Numbered from the stretch's first letter, positions 1-8,199 are shown. The stretch is 32,000 nt of DNA from Candidatus Velamenicoccus archaeovorus (GCF_004102945.1 NZ_CP019384.1:690001-722000); one strand, 5' to 3'. Translations and numbers: made by a program. The notes: generated by a model not told the origin, from the sequence alone.

Positions 1-398
1 TGCGGGATATCCCCGTTGTCAGGAAATATCTCCACGTGCCGGCCCAATCAGGGTCGGACAGGGTCCTGGCCATGATGAACCGGGGGTATACGGCTGAAAA
101 ATATCGCGAACTTGTAGACCTCTACCGCTCCATTGTATATAATGGGGAATTGAGCTCGGACTTTATCGTGGGATTTCCGGGCGAAAGCGAGGAGGATTTC
201 CGCGCAACGCACGATCTGGTCAAAAGCGTGCGTTTTGATTCGGCTTTTATCTTTAAGTATTCCACGCGGCCGCACACGAAGGCCGCGGAGTTCCCCGACG
301 ACGTCCCGCAGGCCGCCAAGAAACGCAGGCATGCAGAACTGCTGGAGCTCCAGAAAAGCATCTCTCAATCCTTAAAGAAACATGCGAAAAAGGCATAA
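1..398 (+). CDS. miaB: tRNA methylthiotransferase MiaB (radical-SAM), C-terminal fragment; the 5-prime end is outside the window
   Basis: Frame 3 is open from base 3. The translation (..HVPAQSGSDRVLAMMNRGYTAEKY..DFIVGFPGESEEDF..FIFKYSTRPHTKAAEF) resembles the end of the MiaB/RimO radical-SAM core plus the TRAM region. Stop is TAA 396-398. Proximity to miaA favours MiaB over other MTTase paralogs. Confidence 0.8.
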   Translation, partial: RDIPVVRKYLHVPAQSGSDRVLAMMNRGYTAEKYRELVDLYRSIVYNGELSSDFIVGFPGESEEDFRATHDLVKSVRFDSAFIFKYSTRPHTKAAEFPDDVPQAAKKRRHAELLELQKSISQSLKKHAKKA

Positions 399-1173
399 TA
401 TTATCTTTGCCCCGGTCCTCGGGGCGCTGTTGTCGGTTTGGGTGACGGCTTGCGCCGCGGCGCAGGCAGAGGGCGTCTTGGATAAGGCGCAACTTTTGTT
501 TTTGAAGAGGCAGTATGTGCAGGCGATCGACGAATGCGCCAAAGCAGTCAAAGAGCATCCTGACAATCCGGAGGTTATCTCCCAGGCCAATTATCTGACG
601 GGTGCCAGCTATGTCAACCTCTTTGATTTCCTGACTGCCAAGAAGAACTTCCGGGCCATCGTCGACCAGTATAGCAGGTCTCCTTATTATGAGGATGCCT
701 ATATGGGGCTTGGGGACATCGAGTTTTTGCAGGAGAATTACACCGAAGCCTTGAAGATTTATGAACAGTTCTTGCGCACAGACCCGTCGCCTAGGCGGCG
801 CGCGACCCTTTATTTCCGCCTTGCAGAGATATACCTTAAACAGGGTGACCAGGCGTCTTTCAGGAAATATTACGACAAGCTCCAGAAGGAATTTCCCCTT
901 TCTTTTGAGGCCAAAGACGCGCGCCGCCTCCAGGGATCCGGGTTTTATTATACGGTGCAGGTCGGCGCATTCACCAATTTCGATAATGCGCAGGAGTGCA
1001 TCAATCAGCTTAAGGCGAAGGGATACAATGTTTATTCCGTCCTGTGCATGTTGTCCGGTAAAAAACTGTGTCGTATCCGCGTCGGCCGCTATGCGACACA
1101 GAAAGAGGCTGAGGAAGCCAAAAGGAAATTGGAGTTGGACGGATTCCTTGCCAAGGTTTTTCCTTTGGAGTGA
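382..1173 (+). CDS. TPR-repeat / SPOR-domain lipoprotein (peptidoglycan-binding, YbgF-like N-terminal half)
   Basis: The signal peptide MRKRHNIIFAPVLGALLSVWVTAC carries a lipobox-like VTAC. The middle has TPR-like helices (YLTGASY.., AYMGLGDIEF.., LYFRLAEIYLKQGD). The C-terminus YYTVQVGAFTNFDNAQECINQLKAKGYNVY..RIRVGRYATQKEAEEAKRKL is a typical SPOR fold signature. It overlaps the miaB end by 17 nt. Confidence 0.8.
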   Translation: MRKRHNIIFAPVLGALLSVWVTACAAAQAEGVLDKAQLLFLKRQYVQAIDECAKAVKEHPDNPEVISQANYLTGASYVNLFDFLTAKKNFRAIVDQYSRSPYYEDAYMGLGDIEFLQENYTEALKIYEQFLRTDPSPRRRATLYFRLAEIYLKQGDQASFRKYYDKLQKEFPLSFEAKDARRLQGSGFYYTVQVGAFTNFDNAQECINQLKAKGYNVYSVLCMLSGKKLCRIRVGRYATQKEAEEAKRKLELDGFLAKVFPLE

Positions 1174-1268
1174 CCGAGCGTCTTGGAGCTGATGTTGCAA
1201 AGGGAAGTCTCGTAGCGACAGAACGAAGGAGCAGGGGTTATCGGTTTTGGGCCGGTAATCCTTTTTTT

Positions 1269-2201
1269 ATGAAAAAACCGGTCGTCATTTTTATCGTCGG
1301 CCCGACGGGCTCAGGCAAGACGCAGGTGGGGCTGAACCTGTCCCGATACCTGCCTTGTGAATATATCTCCGCAGATTCCATGCAGATCTATAAGGGCATG
1401 GATATTGTGACGGATAAGCTGGTTGTGTCTTTGCGCAGGAAATATCCTTACCATCTTCTTGATGTGGTCCCGCCGTCAAAAGAATACAGCGTTGCCGCAT
1501 TCTGCCTTGCCGCCGCGCGGAAGGTCAGGGAGAGCGTCAAAAGAAAGAAGGTCCCCGTCGTTGTGGGAGGGACAGGCCTTTATGTCCGCTCTCTTATTCA
1601 TGGGATCTTTGAAGAGAGATCTTCGGCTGAAATTCGTTCTTCGCTGATGCATCTGGCTGTCGAAAAAGGGAATTCTTTTCTGCACCAGCGCCTCGGCCAG
1701 GTGGATCCTCAGGCCGCCGGCCGCATCCATGTCCATGACACCAAAAGACTCATCCGCGCCCTTGAGGTTTTTGAGATGACGCGCCGGCCGATCTCGGAAC
1801 TCCAACAAAAAAGGCAGGGGTTGATTGTGGCTTATGACGTGCGCATCTTCGGCCTGGAAAGGGACCGAGCGGATTTGTATGCCCGTATTGATCAGAGGGT
1901 GGATTTTATGGTCCATGGCGGCCTGCTGGATGAGGTCCGGCGTCTCTTGAGACGGTGCCTGGGCCGAACAGCATCACAGTGCATCGGGGTACGGGAGATA
2001 GAAGGTTTCCTCAAAGGACAATATGGATTGGAGGAGGCTGTGCGGCTGATGAAGCGCAACACGAGACATTTTGCCAAAAGGCAGATGACGTGGTTTCGCC
2101 GGGAGCCCGGGATCGAATGGATTAAAGTTGCCGCAGACGATGATTTGGCCCAGATCGCCAGAATGATTGCGGAGAGGGCATCTCATGGCTGGAGAGAATG
2201 A
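1269..2201 (+). CDS. miaA: tRNA dimethylallyltransferase MiaA
   Basis: MKKPVVIFIVGPTGSGKT P-loop at the N-terminus, then DSMQIYKGMDIVTDK, GGTGLY, and the QMTWFRRE tail. The track ORF starts at GTG 1170, but ATG 1269 gives the canonical N-terminus. No clear SD at either start. Confidence 0.9.
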   Translation: MKKPVVIFIVGPTGSGKTQVGLNLSRYLPCEYISADSMQIYKGMDIVTDKLVVSLRRKYPYHLLDVVPPSKEYSVAAFCLAAARKVRESVKRKKVPVVVGGTGLYVRSLIHGIFEERSSAEIRSSLMHLAVEKGNSFLHQRLGQVDPQAAGRIHVHDTKRLIRALEVFEMTRRPISELQQKRQGLIVAYDVRIFGLERDRADLYARIDQRVDFMVHGGLLDEVRRLLRRCLGRTASQCIGVREIEGFLKGQYGLEEAVRLMKRNTRHFAKRQMTWFRREPGIEWIKVAADDDLAQIARMIAERASHGWRE

Positions 2202-2315
2202 CCCATTTTGCGCCGCAGGAAGCGGCGCACCGCCACAGAAGGTGGTGCACTTGTCAGTCCGATGAGGCAATGTGTGGTCCTTCCGATAGGGCCAGGTGTA
2301 AGGAAAATATCAACC

Positions 2316-2336
2316 ATAGGCAAGATGAAGGAACGA
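2316..2336 (+). repeat. Partial copy 1 of the hflX start box (ATAGGCAAGATGAAGGAACGA)
   Basis: 20/21 identical to 2566-2586, which contains the real hflX ATG. Its ATG (2325) opens the ORF MKERKPAPCLSASKFSCDNFEAGCGVHFEREKKPLIGKMKE*. Confidence 0.85.
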
Positions 2337-2395
2337 AAACCTGCTCCTTGCCTGAGCGCCTCAAAATTCTCCTGTGATAATTTTGAGGCAGGCTG

Positions 2396-2447
2396 CGGAG
2401 TTCATTTTGAACGGGAAAAGAAACCTCTTATAGGCAAAATGAAGGAA
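2396..2447 (+). repeat. 52-nt direct repeat, copy A (CGGAGTTCATTTTGAACGGGAAAAGAAACCTCTTATAGGCAAAATGAAGGAA)
   Basis: 51/52 identical to 2532-2583. It ends in ATG AAG GAA followed by TAA, a 3-codon mini-ORF. Confidence 0.9.
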
Positions 2448-2531
2448 TAAACGTTGACTCCTCGCTTGAACACTTGTAAATTTCCTCTCCGGCCGGCCAA
2501 GCCGACCTTCGGGAAATTTCCTGCGTAAGCT

Positions 2532-2583
2532 CGGAGTTCATTTTGAACGGAAAAAGAAACCTCTTATAGGCAAAATGAAGGAA
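2532..2583 (+). repeat. 52-nt direct repeat, copy B, containing the true hflX start codon (2575)
   Basis: Direct comparison with 2396-2447 shows a single G/A difference at the 19th base. Confidence 0.9.
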
Positions 2584-3825
2584 CGAGCTTTATTACTGAC
2601 CGTCAGATTCGATTCACAAAAGACGCACCGTGATATTGTCGAGGCCCAGCGCGAGCTCAAAGAATTGGCCTTGACCGCGGGCGCCGATGTCGTTTTGGAA
2701 GAGACGTGTCGCAGGCCGGAGGCGACGCCTAACCTCTATATCGGCGAAGGCAAGGCCAAGCAGTTGGCGGATGTTGTTGCTTCGGAAGAGATCCATGCGG
2801 TGATTTTTAACAACGATCTGAGCGGCACACAGCACAAGAATCTCGAGAGGGTCCTGCAGGTCAAAGTCATTGACCGCACGCAGTTGATCTTAGACATTTT
2901 TGCCAGGCGTGCCCGTAGTCCTGAAGGAAAGGCCCAGGTGGAGCTGGCGCAGTTGGAGTATCGTCTGCCGCGGCTGAGCGGCAAAGGCACGGAATTATCG
3001 CGACTGGGAGGAGGCATCGGGACGAGGGGGCCGGGCGAGCAGAAGCTTGAAGAGGACCGCAGGCGTATCCGTGACCGTATCAAAAAACTCAAGGATGACT
3101 TGAAGGCCCTGGCTATGCGGCGCAAGGCGCTCAGGAGCCGCCGGGACGAGGTCTCCCTGCCTACCATTGTCTTTGTCGGTTACACGAGCGCAGGAAAGTC
3201 GACTCTCTTCAATGCCTTGACGCAGAGCGGCCAGACAGTGAGCGCGGGATTGTTTACGACCCTTGATCCTTTGGCGCGTGCCCTGACGCTTCCCAATCAC
3301 CAGAAGGTTGTTTTTTCGGATACCGTCGGTTTCATCCGCGACCTGCCGCATCATCTGATCGAGGCCTTCAAAGCGACCCTCGAGGAAGTTGTCCAGGCGG
3401 ACCTTCTGGTCCATGTCCTGGACATCAGCTCGCCGTATGCCAAAGAGCATTATGCGTCTGTCTGCCGGGTGCTGGATGAACTCGGCGCCCAGGACAAAAG
3501 GACCGTCCTGGCGCTGAATAAGATCGATCTCCTGGAAGGTGAGGAAAGGGCGGTTTATTTTCAAGGACAATATCCGGGGGCCGTCGCTATCTCTGCGCTT
3601 CAGAAGCGCAACTTGGATGAGCTTGTCAGGCACATCGAAAATGACCTGCAAGGATATTCGCTTGAGATCAAACTGAAACTGCCGATCGCGCGTATGGACT
3701 TGGTCGACCTGATCTATTCGCAGGGGCATGTCGAAGACATCGTCTACGGTCAGGACGGTGTCCGCGTCACGGCGTTGTTGCCGGCGATCGTTGCCGAGAA
3801 GCTGAAGGAATATGAGACATCATAG
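2575..3825 (+). CDS. hflX: GTPase HflX (ribosome-splitting / ribosome-rescue GTPase)
   Basis: HflX N-domain (DRTQLILDIFARRARSPEGKAQVELAQLEYRLPRL, GPGEQKLEEDRR). G-domain motifs are GYTSAGKSTLFNALT (G1), DTVGFI (G3) and NKIDL (G4). 416 aa. Confidence 0.93.
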   Translation: MKERALLLTVRFDSQKTHRDIVEAQRELKELALTAGADVVLEETCRRPEATPNLYIGEGKAKQLADVVASEEIHAVIFNNDLSGTQHKNLERVLQVKVIDRTQLILDIFARRARSPEGKAQVELAQLEYRLPRLSGKGTELSRLGGGIGTRGPGEQKLEEDRRRIRDRIKKLKDDLKALAMRRKALRSRRDEVSLPTIVFVGYTSAGKSTLFNALTQSGQTVSAGLFTTLDPLARALTLPNHQKVVFSDTVGFIRDLPHHLIEAFKATLEEVVQADLLVHVLDISSPYAKEHYASVCRVLDELGAQDKRTVLALNKIDLLEGEERAVYFQGQYPGAVAISALQKRNLDELVRHIENDLQGYSLEIKLKLPIARMDLVDLIYSQGHVEDIVYGQDGVRVTALLPAIVAEKLKEYETS

Positions 3826-3915
3826 AGGCATGGTCGTCCCTCTGTCCGGTCTAGCGAGAGACTTTATTCTTCTTAGCCGGATCCCCATAGCGGGCCGCAG
3901 GGAGACTTATTTTAC

Positions 3916-3944
3916 TTGACAAAATTAATTAGATATGCTAAATT
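3916..3944 (+). promoter_or_regulatory. Sigma70-type promoter of the MerR-clpB unit: TTGACA, 17 nt, TAAATT
   Basis: -35 TTGACA at 3916-3921, a 17-nt AT-rich spacer, and -10 TAAATT at 3939-3944. It lies 29 nt upstream of ATG 3973. Palindromic TTAATTA boxes sit at 3925-3931 and 3956-3962. Confidence 0.55.
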
Positions 3945-3972
3945 TTTATCGTAAGTTAATTAAGAAATCGCC

Positions 3973-4227
3973 ATGAAGCCGAAAATCAAGATCTCGGAAT
4001 CAGACCCTGTGTACGCCATCGGCATCGTTAGCCAGCTGTTGCAGATGCCGGAATGGACCTTGCGCGCCCTCGAGAAAGAAGGTCTCGTCGCCCCCAAGCG
4101 CAAATTCAAGAAGATCCGCTTTTATTCCATGAAGGACATCAAGAGACTGGAGTACATCCATTATCTGATGGACGAGAAAGGCGTCAATATCAGCGGGGTC
4201 AAAGTGATTTTGGAGATGGAAGAATGA
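3973..4227 (+). CDS. Small MerR-family HTH regulator, HspR-like (putative heat-shock repressor of clpB)
   Basis: 84 aa. [30 protein letters not shown]...[28 protein letters not shown] is a MerR-type winged HTH. Its stop overlaps the clpB start (ATGA at 4224-4227). It is shorter than classical HspR, so the assignment is by context. Confidence 0.7.
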   Translation: MKPKIKISESDPVYAIGIVSQLLQMPEWTLRALEKEGLVAPKRKFKKIRFYSMKDIKRLEYIHYLMDEKGVNISGVKVILEMEE

Positions 4228-6806
4228 AACCCGAGAATCTGACCGTAAAAACCCAGGAAGCTGTCGAGCAGGCCGTGGCCGAAGCCAAAGAGCGCGGCCA
4301 TCAGCAGGTGGATTGCCTGCATCTGGCCCTCGGCCTTTTGCGCCAGAAGGAAGGCGTCGTGCCTCTTGTCGTTGAAAAGATGGGGGTCGGCGTTTATCCC
4401 TTGATCAAAAGGATCGAGGATGCCCTGAATACCTATTACCAGGTGCGCGGGACCCGGGGCGAAGTCTATTTTTCGCGGGAAGCCAACAGCGCTTTCGACA
4501 AGGCCAAGACCTATATGGAGATGCTCAAGGACAGCTATATCTCTGTCGAGCACTTGTTTTTGGCCTGTCTTGACGTTGATGCAAAACTGAGCGACATCCT
4601 GAGAGGCGCGGGCGTTGACAAGGACGGGTTCCTGGAGGCCCTCAAAGAAGTCAGAGGGGCCCAGCATATCACCGATCAGAACCCTGAAGATAAGTTCCAG
4701 CCGCTTGAGAAATACGGCCGCGATCTGACGGAATTGGCCAACCGCGGCAAACTCGATCCTGTCATCGGCCGAGACGAGGAGATCCGCCGCGTGGTCCAGG
4801 TTTTGAGCCGCCGCACAAAGAACAACCCTGTTTTGATCGGCGATCCCGGCGTGGGCAAGACCGCGATCGTCGAAGGTCTCGCCCAGCGCGTTGCCCAGGG
4901 CGATGTGCCGGAAGGCCTGAAGAACAAACGGATCATCGTTCTGGACATCGCCTCCATGGTCGCCGGCTCCAAGTTTCGGGGGGAATTCGAAGACCGCCTG
5001 AAGGCCGTTTTGAAAGAGATCCAGTCTAAAGAAGGTCAGGTCATCATCTTTATCGATGAACTGCATACGATCGTCGGCGCCGGCGCGGCTGAAGGCTCGG
5101 TGGACGCTTCCAACATGCTTAAACCTGCCTTGGCGAGGGGCGAGTTGCGTTGCATCGGCGCCACGACCCTGGACGAATACAGGAAATATATCGAAAAAGA
5201 CAAGGCCTTGGAGCGCCGGTTTCAGCCGGTGTTCATCGGAGAACCGTCGGTGGAGGACACCATTGCGATCCTGCGCGGCCTGAAAGAAAGATACGAAGTC
5301 CATCACGGCGTGCGCATCAAGGATGCGGCTTTGATCGCCGCGGCCGAGATGTCCCACCGCTATATCACAGAGAGGTTCCTGCCTGACAAGGCCATTGACC
5401 TGATCGATGAGGCGGCGTCGCGCCTGCGCATCGAGATCGACAGCCTGCCGCAGGAACTCGACGAGGTCAAGCGCCGCAAAATGCAGCTGGAGATCGAGCG
5501 CCAGGCCATGAAGAAAGAGAAAGACAAGCCATCTTTGGAAAGGCTTGGGAAGATCGAGAAAGAACTGGAGGGCCTCAAAACCCGGGAAGAAGGGTTGTCG
5601 GCGCACTGGCAGAAGGAGAAAGACGCGATCAGCGGCATCCAGGCGATCAAGACGGAGATCGAAGAGGCGAAAGCCGATGAAAAGAGGGCGGAGCGTTCCG
5701 GCGACCTGGATCGCGTGGCGCAGATCCGTTACGGCGTGCTTGCCGGCTTGCAGAAAAAGCTGGATACGGCCAACAAAGAACTGGCGGCCCTGCAGAAAGA
5801 AAAAGCCATGCTCAAGGAAGAAGTGGATGAGGAAGATATCGCCGGGGTCGTTTCCAAATGGACAGGCATCCCTTTATCCAAGTTGATGGAGGCAGAAGGC
5901 CACAAGCTTCTTGAAATGGAAGAGCGGCTCAAAGAGCGGGTGGTGGGCCAGGACGAGGCACTGGGTTTGGTTGCGGATTGCATACGCCGTTCGCGCACGG
6001 GATTAAGCGATCAAAACAGGCCTTTGGGTTCGTTTATTTTTATCGGGCCGACAGGCGTCGGCAAGACCGAACTCGCCAAATCGCTGGCCTGGTTTTTGTT
6101 CGACGACGAGAACGCACTCGTGCGCATCGATATGTCGGAATATACCGAGAAACATACGGTCTCGCGTCTCATCGGCGCGCCGCCGGGATACGTCGGTTAC
6201 GAAGAAGGGGGCCAGTTGACGGAGCGCGTGCGCCGGCGGCCTTACAGCGTCGTCCTTTTTGACGAGATCGAAAAGGCGCATCCTGAGGTTTTCAACGTTT
6301 TCCTGCAGATACTGGATGACGGCCGCCTGACCGACGGCCAGGGCCGGGTCGTCAATTTCAAGAACACGGTGATCATCATGACGTCTAATATCGGCACCGA
6401 GCTCATCGGCGCCGAAAAGGACCGGCTTAAAGTGAAGGACAAGATCCAGCAGGCCCTCAAAGACCATTTCCGGCCGGAATTCCTGAACCGCATCGACGAG
6501 ATTGTCGTCTTTAAGCCGTTGGATGAGGCGGACATCCTGCATATCGTCGATATCCGACTCAGGGAATTGCAGGCAAGGCTTGACGAGAAGCATATTTTGA
6601 TTTCTGTGGACAAGGATGCTAAGATATTCCTCGCCAAGGAGGGGTTTGACCCCGTCTACGGCGCGCGTCCTTTGAAACGTCTGATCCAGAAGCTGGTACA
6701 GGATCCCGTCGCCCTGGGGCTTCTCAAAGGGGATTTCGGCCCTGGAGACAGGATCGTGGTGAAGATGGGGAAGAGGGGATTGGAATTCAAGAAAGACCAA
6801 CGGTAA
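4224..6806 (+). CDS. clpB: ATP-dependent chaperone / disaggregase ClpB
   Basis: 861 aa from ATG 4224 ([17 protein letters not shown].., Clp-N). There are two AAA+ modules with Walker A GDPGVGKT and GPTGVGKT, and Walker B IIFIDELH and [12 protein letters not shown] long coiled-coil M-domain (residues ~400-530) is diagnostic of ClpB versus ClpA/C. The track ORF start at 4053 is an in-frame read-through of the upstream gene region. Confidence 0.96.
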   Translation: MKPENLTVKTQEAVEQAVAEAKERGHQQVDCLHLALGLLRQKEGVVPLVVEKMGVGVYPLIKRIEDALNTYYQVRGTRGEVYFSREANSAFDKAKTYMEMLKDSYISVEHLFLACLDVDAKLSDILRGAGVDKDGFLEALKEVRGAQHITDQNPEDKFQPLEKYGRDLTELANRGKLDPVIGRDEEIRRVVQVLSRRTKNNPVLIGDPGVGKTAIVEGLAQRVAQGDVPEGLKNKRIIVLDIASMVAGSKFRGEFEDRLKAVLKEIQSKEGQVIIFIDELHTIVGAGAAEGSVDASNMLKPALARGELRCIGATTLDEYRKYIEKDKALERRFQPVFIGEPSVEDTIAILRGLKERYEVHHGVRIKDAALIAAAEMSHRYITERFLPDKAIDLIDEAASRLRIEIDSLPQELDEVKRRKMQLEIERQAMKKEKDKPSLERLGKIEKELEGLKTREEGLSAHWQKEKDAISGIQAIKTEIEEAKADEKRAERSGDLDRVAQIRYGVLAGLQKKLDTANKELAALQKEKAMLKEEVDEEDIAGVVSKWTGIPLSKLMEAEGHKLLEMEERLKERVVGQDEALGLVADCIRRSRTGLSDQNRPLGSFIFIGPTGVGKTELAKSLAWFLFDDENALVRIDMSEYTEKHTVSRLIGAPPGYVGYEEGGQLTERVRRRPYSVVLFDEIEKAHPEVFNVFLQILDDGRLTDGQGRVVNFKNTVIIMTSNIGTELIGAEKDRLKVKDKIQQALKDHFRPEFLNRIDEIVVFKPLDEADILHIVDIRLRELQARLDEKHILISVDKDAKIFLAKEGFDPVYGARPLKRLIQKLVQDPVALGLLKGDFGPGDRIVVKMGKRGLEFKKDQR

Positions 6807-6881
6807 AAGAGATTTTAATCTGTGCAATCCGTTTTTAAGAATCTGTGTCATCGATCGAGCGAAGCGAGAAAGGGAGATGAA

Positions 6882-7208
6882 ATGAATATCACGTTCACCA
6901 TGAGCCATGTGGAAGAAGACCCGACGATCAAGGAGTGTTTTGACCAGAGGGCGGCCAAGGTCGCCAAGCACCTGAAGAGGTTCAAAGACGAGCTGACTTC
7001 TTTGCATGGCGTCTTGGACAAAAACCCCCACAAGAAAGACGAATTCTTTGCATCTTTAAGTTTGTTCCTGCCTTCCGCCGCCATCCATTGCCGTGAGCGC
7101 GGGAAAGATTATTGCGCGGCCATTAACGCGGCCTTTCTCGACTTGGCGAGACAGGTCGAGAAACACAAGGCAAAGCTCACAAGGGAAAAACGCCGTCAAG
7201 AACGTTAA
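6882..7208 (+). CDS. hpf: Ribosome hibernation-promoting factor / RaiA family (short form)
   Basis: MNITFTMSHVEEDPTIKECFDQRAAKVAKHLKRF...LSLFLPSAAIHCRERGKDYCAAINAAFLDLARQVEKHKAKL parallels the E. coli HPF/YfiA layout (NITG.HVE.T.AL...KL..., A.A...DMY.AID...DKL.RQL.KHK.K). The SD AGGGAG lies 6 nt upstream of ATG 6882. Confidence 0.75.
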   Translation: MNITFTMSHVEEDPTIKECFDQRAAKVAKHLKRFKDELTSLHGVLDKNPHKKDEFFASLSLFLPSAAIHCRERGKDYCAAINAAFLDLARQVEKHKAKLTREKRRQER

Positions 7209-7343
7209 CTCCATGTTTCTTTTGATGTTGCGCTAAAGAGGCGGGAGCAAAATTTCAGCGGTTGACCCCGCAAGAAACCTTTTTTCAGAAACCCTGTCCT
7301 GGAGCGTAATACCATTTAGCGCAGAGAGTTGTTTCTAATGGGG

Positions 7344-7371
7344 TTGACAAACCGCTAAAATATGATAACAT
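7344..7371 (+). promoter_or_regulatory. Promoter of the hrcA operon: TTGACA, 16 nt, extended -10 TGaTAACAT
   Basis: TTGACA at 7344-7349, TG at 7363-7364, TAACAT at 7366-7371. CIRCE starts 8 nt downstream of the -10, which is the classical arrangement. Confidence 0.55.
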
Positions 7372-7378
7372 TTTGATT

Positions 7379-7405
7379 TTAGCAGTCTCTTTTAATGAGT
7401 GCTAA
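7379..7405 (+). promoter_or_regulatory. CIRCE operator (HrcA binding site)
   Basis: TTAGCAGTC-N9-GAGTGCTAA against consensus TTAGCACTC-N9-GAGTGCTAA (17/18). It sits between the promoter and the hrcA start. Confidence 0.92.
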
Positions 7406-7452
7406 CTTAGGGTGTATAAGATAGAAGAGAAACAATCCTCCGAGACGGAAGC

Positions 7453-8199
7453 ATGCCAAGGTTAACGGACCACGATTCAAGAAATAAAGAGATCCTGCTG
7501 GCTTCGATTGAGATGTACCTCAATTCAGCTGCGCCTGTTTCTTCGGAATCCCTGCGCAAAAAGAAGAGGTTGTCTCTTAGTTCGGCCAGTGTGCGCAATG
7601 TCTTTTCCGAGCTCGAAGAGCTTGGTTTTTTGACCCATCCGCATACCTCTGCCGGCCGTATCCCGACCGATGAAGGCTACAGGCTGTATATCAATGTGTT
7701 GATGGACAAGAAGAAACTTTCCTCCCGGGAGACCGACTTCATCGATAAGATCTATGAGCTCAAGGTGCAGGAGCTTGACGACCTTTTTGAGGAGACAAGC
7801 CGGATCATGTCGGATTTTACGCATTACACGAGTCTCGTCTATTTCAGCGGGAAAGAGATGGAAAGGACATACGCCTGCGGGGCGCGCTATCTCTTGGAAC
7901 ATCCGGAATTTTCCGATATCCATAAAGTCCAGATGATCCTGGAGATCCTGGAGAAGAAGGAAGAGATGATCGATCTCATCAACCGCAGTTTCTCGGGCCG
8001 GACGCAGGTCTATATCGGCAAGGAGATCGCCTGTCCGCAGATGGAGCATTGCGCGATCGTCGTTTCGCGTTATGAGGATCAGCAGAAGCGGTCGGGCCGC
8101 CTGGCCCTGATCGGCCCCAAAAGGATGGCTTACGATCAGGTCATTCCTCTTATCGAATACGTCTCTGAAGCCTTTGCCAGGAATATCGAGAGGTTTTGA
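7453..8199 (+). CDS. hrcA: Heat-inducible transcription repressor HrcA (unusually short, 248 aa)
   Basis: N-terminal winged helix (ILLASIEMYLNSAAPVSSESL..SSASVRNVFSELEELGFLTHPHTSAGRIPTDEGYRLYI). Conserved C-terminal LALIGPKRMAYDQVIPLIEYVS. A CIRCE element lies upstream and grpE-dnaK-dnaJ follow downstream. Confidence 0.9.
   Translation: MPRLTDHDSRNKEILLASIEMYLNSAAPVSSESLRKKKRLSLSSASVRNVFSELEELGFLTHPHTSAGRIPTDEGYRLYINVLMDKKKLSSRETDFIDKIYELKVQELDDLFEETSRIMSDFTHYTSLVYFSGKEMERTYACGARYLLEHPEFSDIHKVQMILEILEKKEEMIDLINRSFSGRTQVYIGKEIACPQMEHCAIVVSRYEDQQKRSGRLALIGPKRMAYDQVIPLIEYVSEAFARNIERF

Larger units (their letters stand above)
2202..2574 (+). promoter_or_regulatory. Structured, repeat-containing leader upstream of hflX (candidate attenuator)
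   Basis: Contains a GC hairpin at 2209-2229 (8-bp stem), a hairpin at 2358-2389 (GCCTCAAAATT/AATTTTGAGGC, 11 bp) and a hairpin at 2478-2519 (AAATTTCC/GGAAATTT). It also holds three copies of the hflX initiation box and two upstream mini-ORFs (2325-2450, 41 codons; 2439-2450, MKE-stop). Confidence 0.45.

Noticed and set aside
2208-2450. The 80-aa track ORF (MRRRKRRTATEGG...) as a real protein gene.
   Set aside because: The N-terminal half is Arg-rich read-through of a GC hairpin region, with no family resemblance. Only the last 41 codons (from ATG 2325) are considered, and only as a possible regulatory leader ORF.
2396-2583. The 52-nt direct repeats with an 84-nt spacer could be a mini CRISPR array.
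   Set aside because: There are only 2 full copies plus 1 partial copy. The repeat is longer than typical CRISPR repeats and contains the hflX start codon. No cas genes are present, and the spacers are themselves hairpins. Treated as a leader duplication instead.
4053-4223. N-terminal extensions in the ORF track: clpB from 4053, dnaK from 8886, DUF1015 from 12702, CPBP from 18347, ROK from 19368, lptD from 20009, miaA from 1170, hpf from 6822 and nusG from 27369.
   Set aside because: The extensions overlap upstream genes or intergenic DNA out of context. They have atypical composition and precede internal ATGs that give the canonical family N-termini, often with an SD or a 4-nt coupling overlap.
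4161-5606. Long minus-strand ORFs opposite well-supported genes: 253-1200, 4161-5606, 6003-7031, 7525-8739, 11085-12113, 15051-16247, 19937-21391, 22831-23790, 24444-25241 and 25043-25807.
   Set aside because: Each lies antisense to a + strand gene with unmistakable family motifs (clpB, hrcA/grpE, dnaJ, ABC ATPase, lptD, ugd and others). Their translations are low-complexity (rich in R, L, D, G and P) with no motif I recognise, and one even spans the hrcA-grpE spacer. This is typical shadow-ORF behaviour caused by codon periodicity.
6857-6867. The 11-mer GAGCGAAGCGA is shared by the hpf leader (6857-6867) and the ABC-ATPase leader (15021-15031).
   Set aside because: In a 32-kb window, on the order of a hundred 11-mer coincidences are expected by chance, and there is no flanking similarity.
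7209-7300. A rho-independent terminator after hpf (GCGG-TTGACC-CCGC followed by a T6 run at 7281-7286).
   Set aside because: The stem is only 4 bp and the T-run is displaced by ~9 nt. This is too weak to annotate, so the transcript boundary here is left open.
7316-7342. A possible second CIRCE half-site (TTAGCGCAG) upstream of the hrcA promoter.
   Set aside because: Only the left half resembles CIRCE (6/9). The sequence 9 nt downstream (TCTAATGGG) does not match GAGTGCTAA.
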